The notes under the pieces: generated by a model
Seen by the model: the letters and a program-made list of their open reading frames with translations, nothing else
The model's database searches: none
Told to the model about the DNA's origin: nothing
Assembly: GCA_018992565.1 (NCBI GenBank)
Contig: JACVGW010000016.1
Location: forward strand, 1 to 36,275
Direction: 5' to 3'
DNA from: Theionarchaea archaeon
GTDB taxonomy: Archaea > Methanobacteriota_B > Thermococci > Methanofastidiosales > SZ-28-30
Length of the DNA: 36,275 nt
Translations under genes and position numbers: made by a program
In this document: in pieces, positions 9,956 through 18,523 of the stretch
How the letters are laid out: every line of letters begins with the position of its first letter
Position numbering within the stretch: position 1 is the first letter of the stretch

Positions 9956-9962
9956 CTGTCAC

Positions 9963-9982
9963 TCTTTTCTTCTTTGTTCTTT
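9963..9982 (+). terminator. U-rich terminator after hdrB
   Basis: TCTTTTCTTCTTTGTTCTTT just after the stop. Confidence 0.45.
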
Positions 9983-10230
9983 GAGCTCTGCAAGGCTCAT
10001 GACCAGAATTGTGCACGTCTTCGATTGGGGAAATTCAGAGATGACGTGTGAGTTCCATCGCCCGAATACCCTGCTCCTCTTTTTGTACGTAGAAGGAGAG
10101 CAGCGAGGACCAACATCCAGATGATTCTCTCACAATATACATCATGTTATTTCTGTAATAACCATCTTATCTATCAATGGGACTATAAAGTGTAAGAAAA
10201 TGAGGATTTCTGCACTTTTTCCTCAGTTAG

Positions 10231-10240
10231 CTATATAAAG
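10231..10240 (+). promoter_or_regulatory. TATA box of the tandem regulator pair
   Basis: CTATATAAAG about 90 nt upstream of the inferred start; SD AGGAGGTGA at 10314-10322. Confidence 0.5.
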
Positions 10241-10326
10241 GGGATTATCCTACTGACCAGCAGAAGAGGCGGGCTGCAAAGCCCCGCTACAGACAAGAAC
10301 TGGAAATCAGGACAGGAGGTGAGAAT

Positions 10327-11304
10327 CTGGATTCTCCTGAAATCAGAAGAAAGCAGTATCGAAGAATCTATGAATATCTTTGCACCAATCCTCGGTTTCG
10401 TCCCCATCAGGTGTCGAAAGAAATGGGGCTGCATCCCAGCAGTGTGACATCTCGACTGAAAGAGGCAATTGACCTCGAGTATATTGAGGAACCCCAGGTC
10501 AGAAAGAAATCATTTTCCAATTTCAGAACGTATGTATATCTCTCCCAGGTGCAGGATCCCCTTGAGCTGTTTGATCAGTACACCAGAAATAAAGACGTCA
10601 TATATCATGAACTTTTGGATGGGGTTTTCAACCTTCATGTGATCTCGAAAGAGAAGCTTGACATTGAAGGCGTTGTTCTTGAAGGAATCCCTTCCGATTA
10701 CTACATCTCGTACCCTCCAGACCGTCCATGGGGAAGGGCGATTGACACCATGCGCACCATGGTTGCAGGGTTCAATCCAGAAGAATATGTGCCTAAAGGA
10801 TATATCACAACACACTGGGATGAACCTGTCAATTGGAGTGACACAGATGAGATTCTGTATCAGGAATTAAAGTATAACATGAGAAAGGCACTTAAGCCTC
10901 TGATGAAGAAGTACACGATTCCATTGAGCAGAACCAATAAATGGATTCAGAAACTCCCTGAATGCTGCACATTTGCTACCAACTACTTCCCGGAGACACT
11001 TCCAGCCTATGATCTCTATCTCCACATGTTCAGAACGGATTACGAAGATTTCATCATTGATCTGTTTTCCCAGTTACCCACCACCTGCTGGTTCCAGAGG
11101 GTTTCAGACGCCCTACTGGTTTACATATGGACCATGAAAAGCCCCGCAAGGCAGAAGAGTATTCGAATTGAAGACATCACAGGAATGCAGATCCCTTTCC
11201 TCAAGAGAGAGTTGGCAAAAAAGGCGATTGTGGAGAATGAAGCGCATGCCAAGGTGAAATGCTGCTGGAGGAAAGAAGGTGAAAGAAATGAGAGTAGCCC
11301 ATGA
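10327..11304 (+). CDS. Lrp/AsnC-like protein with two winged-HTH segments (copy 1), probable CTG start
   Basis: Frame stays open upstream of GTG 10411 with QYRRIYEYLCTNPRFRPHQVSKEMGLHPSSVTSRL, homologous to the N-terminal HTH of copy 2; second HTH-like segment WSDTDEILYQELKYNMRK; CTG 10327 follows a perfect SD. Confidence 0.75.
   Translation: MDSPEIRRKQYRRIYEYLCTNPRFRPHQVSKEMGLHPSSVTSRLKEAIDLEYIEEPQVRKKSFSNFRTYVYLSQVQDPLELFDQYTRNKDVIYHELLDGVFNLHVISKEKLDIEGVVLEGIPSDYYISYPPDRPWGRAIDTMRTMVAGFNPEEYVPKGYITTHWDEPVNWSDTDEILYQELKYNMRKALKPLMKKYTIPLSRTNKWIQKLPECCTFATNYFPETLPAYDLYLHMFRTDYEDFIIDLFSQLPTTCWFQRVSDALLVYIWTMKSPARQKSIRIEDITGMQIPFLKRELAKKAIVENEAHAKVKCCWRKEGERNESSP
10504..10868 (+). repeat. 365-bp exact direct repeat, copy A (partner 11468-11832)
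   Basis: By-eye comparison found no mismatch from AAGAAATCATTTTCC to TATCAGGAATT, offset 964. Confidence 0.93.
11065..11114 (+). repeat. 50-bp exact direct repeat, copy A (partner 12032-12081)
   Basis: TTTTCCCAGTTACCCACCACCTGCTGGTTCCAGAGGGTTTCAGACGCCCT in both paralogs. Confidence 0.9.
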
Positions 11305-12277
11305 ACAACAGATGAAAGGGTATCGGGCAATCTTCGATCTTCTCAATCACGACCCTCGTATTCAATACAACAAGATAGCAGAGATCATTGGAGTCGATGG
11401 CAGAACAGCAAGCAACAGACTAAGAGAAGCTGTGGAGAAAGGAATTATTGTGGGACCTCAGGTCAGGAAGAAATCATTTTCCAATTTCAGAACGTATGTA
11501 TATCTCTCCCAGGTGCAGGATCCCCTTGAGCTGTTTGATCAGTACACCAGAAATAAAGACGTCATATATCATGAACTTTTGGATGGGGTTTTCAACCTTC
11601 ATGTGATCTCGAAAGAGAAGCTTGACATTGAAGGCGTTGTTCTTGAAGGAATCCCTTCCGATTACTACATCTCGTACCCTCCAGACCGTCCATGGGGAAG
11701 GGCGATTGACACCATGCGCACCATGGTTGCAGGGTTCAATCCAGAAGAATATGTGCCTAAAGGATATATCACAACACACTGGGATGAACCTGTCAATTGG
11801 AGTGACACAGATGAGATTCTGTATCAGGAATTCAAATATGACTTGAGAAAACCATTGGAGCCCCTGGTAAAAGATAAGTATCATATCTGGAGTGGTAACG
11901 GGTATGACTTCTTGAAGCGACTTCCTCACGCGTGTACTGCTATCACATGCTATTTTCCAGAAACTGCACGTGCCTACGATCCCCATCTCTTTCTAGTCGG
12001 AACTGAGTATGAGGATTTTGTCATTGAGGTATTTTCCCAGTTACCCACCACCTGCTGGTTCCAGAGGGTTTCAGACGCCCTGATGGTTAACGTATGGACC
12101 TTGAAAAGACCTCTGTACCAGGCGAATGTCCTGATTGATAACGTCGCTGTGCTGCAAATTCCTCTCCTCCTCAGGGAACTGGTGAAAAAAGGAATTGTCA
12201 GAAAAGAGGAACGCGCGGAGATCAAATGGCATTGGAGGAAAGAAGCCAATGAGATCTCAACTGCCTGCTTCCCATGA
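11288..12277 (+). CDS. Lrp/AsnC-like protein with two winged-HTH segments (copy 2)
   Basis: YRAIFDLLNHDPRIQYNKIAEIIGVDGRTASNRLREAVEKGII is an AsnC-type HTH; ATG 11288 follows AGGTGA; paralog of the preceding gene. Confidence 0.8.
   Translation: MRVAHEQQMKGYRAIFDLLNHDPRIQYNKIAEIIGVDGRTASNRLREAVEKGIIVGPQVRKKSFSNFRTYVYLSQVQDPLELFDQYTRNKDVIYHELLDGVFNLHVISKEKLDIEGVVLEGIPSDYYISYPPDRPWGRAIDTMRTMVAGFNPEEYVPKGYITTHWDEPVNWSDTDEILYQEFKYDLRKPLEPLVKDKYHIWSGNGYDFLKRLPHACTAITCYFPETARAYDPHLFLVGTEYEDFVIEVFSQLPTTCWFQRVSDALMVNVWTLKRPLYQANVLIDNVAVLQIPLLLRELVKKGIVRKEERAEIKWHWRKEANEISTACFP
11468..11832 (+). repeat. 365-bp exact direct repeat, copy B (partner 10504-10868)
   Basis: Same sequence as 10504-10868. 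Confidence 0.93.
12032..12081 (+). repeat. 50-bp exact direct repeat, copy B (partner 11065-11114)
   Basis: Identical to 11065-11114. Confidence 0.9.
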
Positions 12278-12657
12278 CATATTGCGTTCAACAGGTGGTG
12301 GACAATTTGGCTGCTAATCTCAAGATCAAGAGAGTATCTACCTGTTCTGGGTTCTGGCATCTACCTGCCACATACCATATTTCAATTAATGATCGCAATC
12401 TATGAATCCTTGATCCAAATCGAAACTCTCTTCTCTCACGTCTCTAATTATCCACCGATTTTCGAACAACCACAGGAAGCAAATTCAGGTTAAGTCATGC
12501 TCCTGCCCTATGACTCGAAATCCTTTCTAAATTGAAGGCGCCTTTTCTCCTTTGAAGACAAGAAATCTTGGAAAAGAAGGTTATTATTCTCTATTCCTTC
12601 TGTCTATATTCGGCGAAAACCCAAAAGCTATTTAAGGTGAATCTTTGAGTTGAAAGC

Positions 12658-13155
12658 ATGGCCGAAGAAAAGGAAATTGACTTCGAGAAAAAAGCGGCAG
12701 CTGTTACGGACACTCTTAATGAAATGGTAAGGTCTGTCAATATATTCAGTAGATCCTATTTCAATAACGACATAATTGCTCAAAAGATTTATATTGAGGG
12801 CATCAGGTTTGGTGTCAAGCAGTCCAAAATCGAAATTCCTGAAGCGAAAACTCCAATGGAAGCATGTCAAACCTACATCGACATGTTGAATGCAGTGGGA
12901 CTTATGGCATCAAAGCAATTTGAGCTGGTCAAACATAACGAATCTATCTCCTGCACGGTATACCCCCCCTGCCTTTACGCGGCTGCATGCAGGCATACCC
13001 ACGAAGAGGGAGTCACGCCCACCTGTCTCCGTGGCCTTGTGTTTCACGTCTTCATCAAGGATTCTACAGGGAGGGACTTCGCTGTGAGAGTATCAAAGTT
13101 CAATCCCGAGGAAGGCTGCGAGATTGAGATTCGTCCTGTAATCAGCGAAGAATAA
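12658..13155 (+). CDS. Hypothetical protein, possibly a V4R/MetOD1-like ligand-binding domain
   Basis: 165-aa ORF with Cys pattern CTVYPPCLYAAAC...PTC...GCEIEI; TATTTAA about 30 nt upstream. Confidence 0.7.
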   Translation: MAEEKEIDFEKKAAAVTDTLNEMVRSVNIFSRSYFNNDIIAQKIYIEGIRFGVKQSKIEIPEAKTPMEACQTYIDMLNAVGLMASKQFELVKHNESISCTVYPPCLYAAACRHTHEEGVTPTCLRGLVFHVFIKDSTGRDFAVRVSKFNPEEGCEIEIRPVISEE

Positions 13156-13224
13156 GCAAGGATGACACTCTCTGTAAGAAAGTTTTATAAAGGGACCTTA
13201 GACATTTCAAGGTGGTGTTCAGAC

Positions 13225-13386
13225 GTGTATACACGATATGAGAAGGCACGAATTGTGGGCGCTCGGGCGCTCCAGATTGCCATGGGAGCTCCCATCTTAA
13301 TTAAGTCCAAGGAGACAGATTCTATTCGTATTGCCCTGGAGGAACTTGAATGTGGAGTTATCCCCATTACAGTGGTCAGAAAATAA
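13225..13386 (+). CDS. rpoK: DNA-directed RNA polymerase subunit K (Rpo6)
   Basis: [22 protein letters not shown]...IALEE...IPITV; GTG 13225 after AGGTGGTG; TTTTATAA at 13183-13190. Confidence 0.95.
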   Translation: MYTRYEKARIVGARALQIAMGAPILIKSKETDSIRIALEELECGVIPITVVRK

Positions 13387-13399
13387 GAGCGTGACACTT

Positions 13400-14680
13400 A
13401 TGAGAATTCTCACCGATGAATTAAATGACAAGATTGGACAACACATAACAGTTGCAGGATGGGTCCATGAACTGCGAGACCTCGGAGGAATCAAATTCCT
13501 TCTGCTGAGAGACAGGAAAGGAATGGTCCAGGTTACTGTTCTCAAGAAGAAGGTCACACCCGAGCTCTTTGATCAGTTCTCTGGCCTGGGCAGGGAGTAT
13601 GTTATCCAGGTTACAGGCACTGTAGCTCAGTCCACTATAGCACAGGCAGGGATAGAAATACTCCCCACTGCTCTTGAAGTTCTGGCTGAAGCTCATAGTC
13701 CTCTACCTCTGGATCCTTCACAGAAAGTGAAGGCTGATTTTGACACTCGGTTGAACCACCGCGTTCTTGATTTGCGAAGTCACAATCACCGATCAGTCTT
13801 CGTCATACAGTCCTGCCTTGTCTCAGGATTCAGAGAATTTTTGGAAAAGGAAGGATTCTATGAGATCCATACTCCCAAAATAGTGGCTACTGGAACTGAA
13901 GGGGGAACTGAGCTTTTTCCTATACAGTACTTTGAGAACAAAGCCTTCCTGGCCCAGAGCCCCCAGTTTTACAAGCAGATGCTGGTAGGGGCTGGATTTG
14001 AACGAGTTTATGAAGTAGGTCCCGTGTACAGGGCAGAAGAGCATAATACAGTACGTCACATCAACGAGTATACGAGCCTAGACATTGAATTCGGTTTCAT
14101 CACTGATGATAGAGATATCAGAGCACTGGAGAACAGGCTTCTCTCGTATATGGTGGACAGAGTACAGGAAGAATGTGCAGGCGAAATAGCTGAACTGCAG
14201 ACAGTAGTCCCGGTAGTTCCCTCTACCATCCCTGATATTACCCTTGCTGAGGCTTTGGAGATTGCGGGAGAAGAAGGCTATGATCTGAGCCCTGCAGGGG
14301 AGAAACTGGTATGTGACTACAGTAAAGAAAGCCTGGATTCTGAATTCATTTTTGTGACAGCCTACCCTCAGAAGAAGCGTCCCATGTATGCTATGCCGGA
14401 TGGTGACCTGACCAAGAGCTTTGATCTGCTCCTGCGGGGACTGGAGGTTACCACTGGTGGGCAGCGAATTCATCAGTATGACCTTCTGGTGGAGAAAATC
14501 AAGGAACGAGGGTTGGACCCAGAGGGGTTCGAGTTCTATCTTGAAGTATTTAAGTACGGGATGCCCCCTCATGGAGGGTTTGCCATTGGAGCTGAGCGGC
14601 TGACCATGCAGATTCTGGGTCTGGAGAATATCAGAGAAGCTACCTTCTTTCCCAGAGACAGGACCCGGCTGGTACCGTAG
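13400..14680 (+). CDS. aspS: Aspartate--tRNA ligase, archaeal type (probably non-discriminating Asp/Asn)
   Basis: OB-fold [55 protein letters not shown]. Confidence 0.95.
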   Translation: MRILTDELNDKIGQHITVAGWVHELRDLGGIKFLLLRDRKGMVQVTVLKKKVTPELFDQFSGLGREYVIQVTGTVAQSTIAQAGIEILPTALEVLAEAHSPLPLDPSQKVKADFDTRLNHRVLDLRSHNHRSVFVIQSCLVSGFREFLEKEGFYEIHTPKIVATGTEGGTELFPIQYFENKAFLAQSPQFYKQMLVGAGFERVYEVGPVYRAEEHNTVRHINEYTSLDIEFGFITDDRDIRALENRLLSYMVDRVQEECAGEIAELQTVVPVVPSTIPDITLAEALEIAGEEGYDLSPAGEKLVCDYSKESLDSEFIFVTAYPQKKRPMYAMPDGDLTKSFDLLLRGLEVTTGGQRIHQYDLLVEKIKERGLDPEGFEFYLEVFKYGMPPHGGFAIGAERLTMQILGLENIREATFFPRDRTRLVP

Positions 14681-15580
14681 ATGTTGTGCATTCTCTCAGG
14701 TGGAACAGGAACTCCCAAATTGCTCACAGGGATATCTGGCGAGTATGGCGTTATTGTTAACACTGGAGAAGATCTGTGGACTTCTGGAGTATATGTATCT
14801 CCTGATCTTGACACGGTGGTGTATACTCTGGCAGGGCTGGTGGACGATTCCAAATGGTATGGACAGAAGGATGATACCTATTTTTGCCATGAAATGATGA
14901 AATCACTGGGGCACACTGAATTGCTGAAGATTGGTGACAAGGATAGGGGGTTGAAGCTATTCCGAACGTTGCTGGTAAAAGAGGGAACCCCCCTCTCCCA
15001 CGTGACAGAAAAGGTTCTAGCAGCCTTGCATGTTGATGTCCCTGTCTTTCCCATGTCAGATGATAGGGTGACCACTCAAATCTATACTGATGATGAAGTT
15101 TTGACATTCCATGAATTCTGGGTATCTAGGAGGGCGCAGGTTACAGTGACCAATGTCGAATACTGCGGTATCGAGACGGCACGTCCTGTAGAAAAAGCTC
15201 TTATTCTGATGAAAGAGTCAGACGCAGTCCTGGTGGGCCCATCCAATCCCGTGACTTCCATTGGTCCTATTATTGGAATGAAAGGATACCGCGATATCCT
15301 TCGTAAGAAAGTGGTAGTAGGAATATCACCCATGGTGGGCGAAGCTCCATTCTCGGGCCCCACAGCAGTGCTCATGAGAGGACTGGGAATAGAGACCAAC
15401 TGCGTGGGCGTGGCTGAGATGTACCAGGACTTCCTCGATGTACTTATCATTCATAAAACAGACAAGGAGTACAAGCCAGAACTGGAAGATATGGGTCTCA
15501 CCGTTTATACTGAAGATATATTGCTGGACTCTCTGGAGAAGAAGAGAGCGTTATGGAAAGTGCTGGAAGGGATTGTGTGA
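14681..15580 (+). CDS. cofD: 2-phospho-L-lactate transferase (F420 biosynthesis)
   Basis: LSGGTGTPKLL, VNTGED, SPDLDTV, IGDKDR, GPSNPVTSIGPI. Confidence 0.93.
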   Translation: MLCILSGGTGTPKLLTGISGEYGVIVNTGEDLWTSGVYVSPDLDTVVYTLAGLVDDSKWYGQKDDTYFCHEMMKSLGHTELLKIGDKDRGLKLFRTLLVKEGTPLSHVTEKVLAALHVDVPVFPMSDDRVTTQIYTDDEVLTFHEFWVSRRAQVTVTNVEYCGIETARPVEKALILMKESDAVLVGPSNPVTSIGPIIGMKGYRDILRKKVVVGISPMVGEAPFSGPTAVLMRGLGIETNCVGVAEMYQDFLDVLIIHKTDKEYKPELEDMGLTVYTEDILLDSLEKKRALWKVLEGIV

Positions 15581-16320
15581 CGTTCAATCTGAGGTTGAGA
15601 CATCCTTCTGTTCTAGCAGCCATGGCAGGGCGAAACGATGGTAAATTCTGCAGGACTATTGGGGCACTGGGTGTGGGAATGGTAACGATTGGGGGGATCA
15701 GTGTCGACCAAAAGAGCATGACAGCCTCACGCAAAATGGTGGAGAGGGGACGCCATGAATTCCTCTTTGATGACCTCTATTCCTTCCTGGAAGAGAATAT
15801 TCCAGTGGCTACAGAGACTGGAGCTGTGATTTCAGTGAATATCCGGTCTGCGACGGTGGCAGGGTATGTAGAAGCTGCTCACTACATCCAGGATTCTGGC
15901 TGTGTCGTGGAGATCAATGCGCACTGCAGACAGCGGGAAATGATGGTAATAGGGGCAGGACAGTCATTATTGAAAGACCTCCACAAGCTCAAAAGTATTG
16001 TGGACGAATTGGAGAGTACAGGAATTACTCCCCTCATCAAATTCAGGGGGAATGTCGAACCAGAGCCCTTGATTTTGGAGACAGTCCACCCTCAGGCTGT
16101 ACACATTGATGCGTACAGGGAAGGGGAGAAAGGATTTGATTTCTCCATTTTTGACAGAATTTTAGGACATGACTGCTTCAAGATTGGAAATAATTCTGTC
16201 AATACACCTGATGTAGCTTTGAAGGTCTTAAAAGTCTGTGATGCTTTTTCATTTGCCCAGATTGCCTGGAATCACACAGCCGTGAAGGCTCTGGTAGATG
16301 CTGTCCCCCTGAACCTATAA
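15577..16320 (+). CDS. Archaeal MJ0144-type FMN TIM-barrel (dihydrouridine synthase-like) protein
   Basis: LAAMAG, TIGG, VERGRHEF, EINAHCRQREM..GAG, HIDA, IGNNSV; GTGA overlap with the cofD stop. Confidence 0.8.
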   Translation: MTFNLRLRHPSVLAAMAGRNDGKFCRTIGALGVGMVTIGGISVDQKSMTASRKMVERGRHEFLFDDLYSFLEENIPVATETGAVISVNIRSATVAGYVEAAHYIQDSGCVVEINAHCRQREMMVIGAGQSLLKDLHKLKSIVDELESTGITPLIKFRGNVEPEPLILETVHPQAVHIDAYREGEKGFDFSIFDRILGHDCFKIGNNSVNTPDVALKVLKVCDAFSFAQIAWNHTAVKALVDAVPLNL

Positions 16321-16797
16321 TTTTAGATCGGTGAGTTTCTGCTGTCCTTCTTTGGCCAAGAATACTCTGTTAAGCCATTTCTTGAGGGCTGCCATTTTCT
16401 CTCCAATCCTGCCCCGAGCATACACAACTGGACAGGGTGCAATGAGTTCTATTCCTTCTATGGCCCGCATGTACTCCTTACCAAGGACGACAAAGACTTC
16501 TTTGTACGTCTTTCCTGAGATGAGATCCTTGAGGTCGTCCATGATTTCTGGATGAAGAACTGCGGCTCTTTTTCTCGTCATACGGATATCATAGAGATCT
16601 ATGTACTCATCTGAGGTGATGAGTCCATAGCGGGCAGAGACAATCGCTATATCCATGTTGTCAGGAAAACCCTTTTCCCGGTTGAACTTCTTAATCACCT
16701 TGAAGTTGACTCCCTCATACCTGTCCAGTGCCTTCATGGGGAAAGGAGAGGTATTCTTCCTGTCAGAACATCCGACAACAAGGAGATAAGAGGACAT
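16315..16797 (-). CDS. DUF6884/YaaA-like protein
   Basis: LLVVGCSDRK...ALDRYEG...IVSARYGLI...YDIRM...LGKEY...GRIGEKMAALKKWL; start reset to ATG 16797, with TATA CATATAAA at 16826-16819. Confidence 0.72.
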   Translation of the reverse strand: MSSYLLVVGCSDRKNTSPFPMKALDRYEGVNFKVIKKFNREKGFPDNMDIAIVSARYGLITSDEYIDLYDIRMTRKRAAVLHPEIMDDLKDLISGKTYKEVFVVLGKEYMRAIEGIELIAPCPVVYARGRIGEKMAALKKWLNRVFLAKEGQQKLTDLKL

Positions 16798-16868
16798 ACT
16801 GTCAGCCACGTGCTGTGCTTTATATGGTTTTCCCAGAACAACCATGTTTAACTTTGTAAACACACAGA

Positions 16869-16876
16869 TTTATAAA
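16869..16876 (+). promoter_or_regulatory. TATA box of fwd operon (leaderless transcript likely)
   Basis: TTTATAAA ends 22 nt before ATG 16899; no SD; divergent from the DUF6884-like gene promoter. Confidence 0.55.
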
Positions 16877-16898
16877 AAATGCGTGTGTACTATCTTTC

Positions 16899-17282
16899 AT
16901 GAAGATCGTTTTGTTGAGTGGCAGAACTACCAAGCAAGGAGTTGCTGCAGAGATTGGAAAGACTTCTGATGACTACCTTCAAAATGTGGCGGTGATACAG
17001 CTGAATCCAGCTCTCATGGACCAGATGGGAGTGAAAGACGGAGACAGGATTGAGGTCAAGACACTCCATGGTTCCGCCGTGGTCATGTGCCATAAATCCG
17101 ACATCGAGGAGAACATGGGATTCATCCCGTATGGCCCGTGGGCCAACCTGCTCATTGGCAGTGAAACCCAGGGCACTGGGATGCCCGATTCCAAAGGAAC
17201 TGAGGCAGAAATAGAGAAGACAGACAAGAATGTTGAATCAGTGGATGAGTTACTAACCAGGATTGTGGAGGGGCGCAAATGA
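16899..17282 (+). CDS. fwdD: Formylmethanofuran dehydrogenase subunit D
   Basis: LSGRTTKQG, FIPYGPWAN, TQGTGMPDSKG. Confidence 0.92.
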   Translation: MKIVLLSGRTTKQGVAAEIGKTSDDYLQNVAVIQLNPALMDQMGVKDGDRIEVKTLHGSAVVMCHKSDIEENMGFIPYGPWANLLIGSETQGTGMPDSKGTEAEIEKTDKNVESVDELLTRIVEGRK

Positions 17283-18523
17283 TCCATGAAAATGTGGTTT
17301 GTCCATTTTGCGGCTGCTTGTGTGATGATATTGTGGTGACCACAGAGGATAACCAGATAACTGACGTCAAGAATGCGTGCGCCATCTCCAAGTCAAAGTT
17401 TTTGAACCATCATGTCAACATGCTGGAATCTGCTCTCGTTGATGGCAAGGAAGTTTCAATGGATGAAGCTGTGGATAGGGCAACAGAAATCCTCAGCAGT
17501 GCAGATAACCCCCTGATTTACGGACTATCTTCCACAGAATGCGAGGCCCAGAGACATGCTATCCACCTGGCCGAACTTCTGGGGGCAACCATTGATCAGA
17601 CAGCATCAGTCTGTCACGGGCCTACAATCCTGGGTACTCAAGATGCAGGGTGTGTTAAGTGCACCCTAGGAGAAGTGAAGAACAGGGCAGATCTCATCAT
17701 ATACTGGGGATGTAACCCAGCTGAAGCCCATATCAGGCATTTCAGGCGGTATTCTGTGTTTCCTGAAGGGTTGTTTCGAAAGGGCAGGAATGAGCGAGAG
17801 GTGGTGGTGGTGGATGTAAGAGCCACTGCTTCAGCCCGCATCGCAACTACGTTTGTAAAAACCGAGCCGGGAACTGATTTCGAAAATATATCTCTCATGC
17901 GCGCGTACCTGAAAGGCAAGAGAGATTCGTTACCTGATGAATTGCGAGATTTGGTAGAGAAGATGAAAACCTGCACATTCGGCATTATATTCTTTGGACT
18001 GGGGTTGACTATGTCCAAGGGAAAGCACCTCAACGTGGACGCTGCTCTCAGGCTGGTACGTGACTTGAATGAATTTACCAAATTCTCTATTACTCCCATG
18101 CGTGGACACTACAATGTTACGGGCGCAGGGTCAACCATGGCATGGGTAACAGGATATCCTTTTTCAGTAAACTTCGCTCTGGGATACCCCCTGTCAAATC
18201 CTGGAGAGTTTTCCGCAGTGGACGTTTTGGCCAGAAAAGAATGCGACGCAGCATTGATTATTGCTTCTGATCCTGCTGCCAATTTCCCTGCAGAAGCCTG
18301 GAAGCACCTTGCAGACATTCCCACCATAGTCATGGATCCCAAGGTGAGTCTCACCACCAGAATTGCCAAGGTGTCGATTCCTGTCGCCACTGCAGGAATA
18401 GAAGCAGAGGGAACTGCATATCGCATGGATGGAATCCCACTGCGGCTAAAAAAGATCGTACAGACTTCACGGCCATCAGATGCTGCTGTATTAACCAAGA
18501 TGATTGAAAAGGTGAGGGCATGA
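17279..18523 (+). CDS. fwdB: Formylmethanofuran dehydrogenase subunit B (Cys-ligated, no Sec)
   Basis: CPFCGCLCDD, SVCHGP, TLGEVKNRAD, MRGHYNV, GTAYRMD. Confidence 0.95.
   Translation: MIHENVVCPFCGCLCDDIVVTTEDNQITDVKNACAISKSKFLNHHVNMLESALVDGKEVSMDEAVDRATEILSSADNPLIYGLSSTECEAQRHAIHLAELLGATIDQTASVCHGPTILGTQDAGCVKCTLGEVKNRADLIIYWGCNPAEAHIRHFRRYSVFPEGLFRKGRNEREVVVVDVRATASARIATTFVKTEPGTDFENISLMRAYLKGKRDSLPDELRDLVEKMKTCTFGIIFFGLGLTMSKGKHLNVDAALRLVRDLNEFTKFSITPMRGHYNVTGAGSTMAWVTGYPFSVNFALGYPLSNPGEFSAVDVLARKECDAALIIASDPAANFPAEAWKHLADIPTIVMDPKVSLTTRIAKVSIPVATAGIEAEGTAYRMDGIPLRLKKIVQTSRPSDAAVLTKMIEKVRA

Noticed and set aside
10504..11832. Long repeat pair as a diversity-generating retroelement TR/VR or as IS copies
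   Set aside because: The copies are identical with no adenine-specific mismatches, both lie mid-gene in frame, and no reverse transcriptase or transposase is in the window.
12278..12627. Short TTG-initiated ORF of about 32 codons after an AGGTGGTGG element
   Set aside because: Too short and has no recognisable features.
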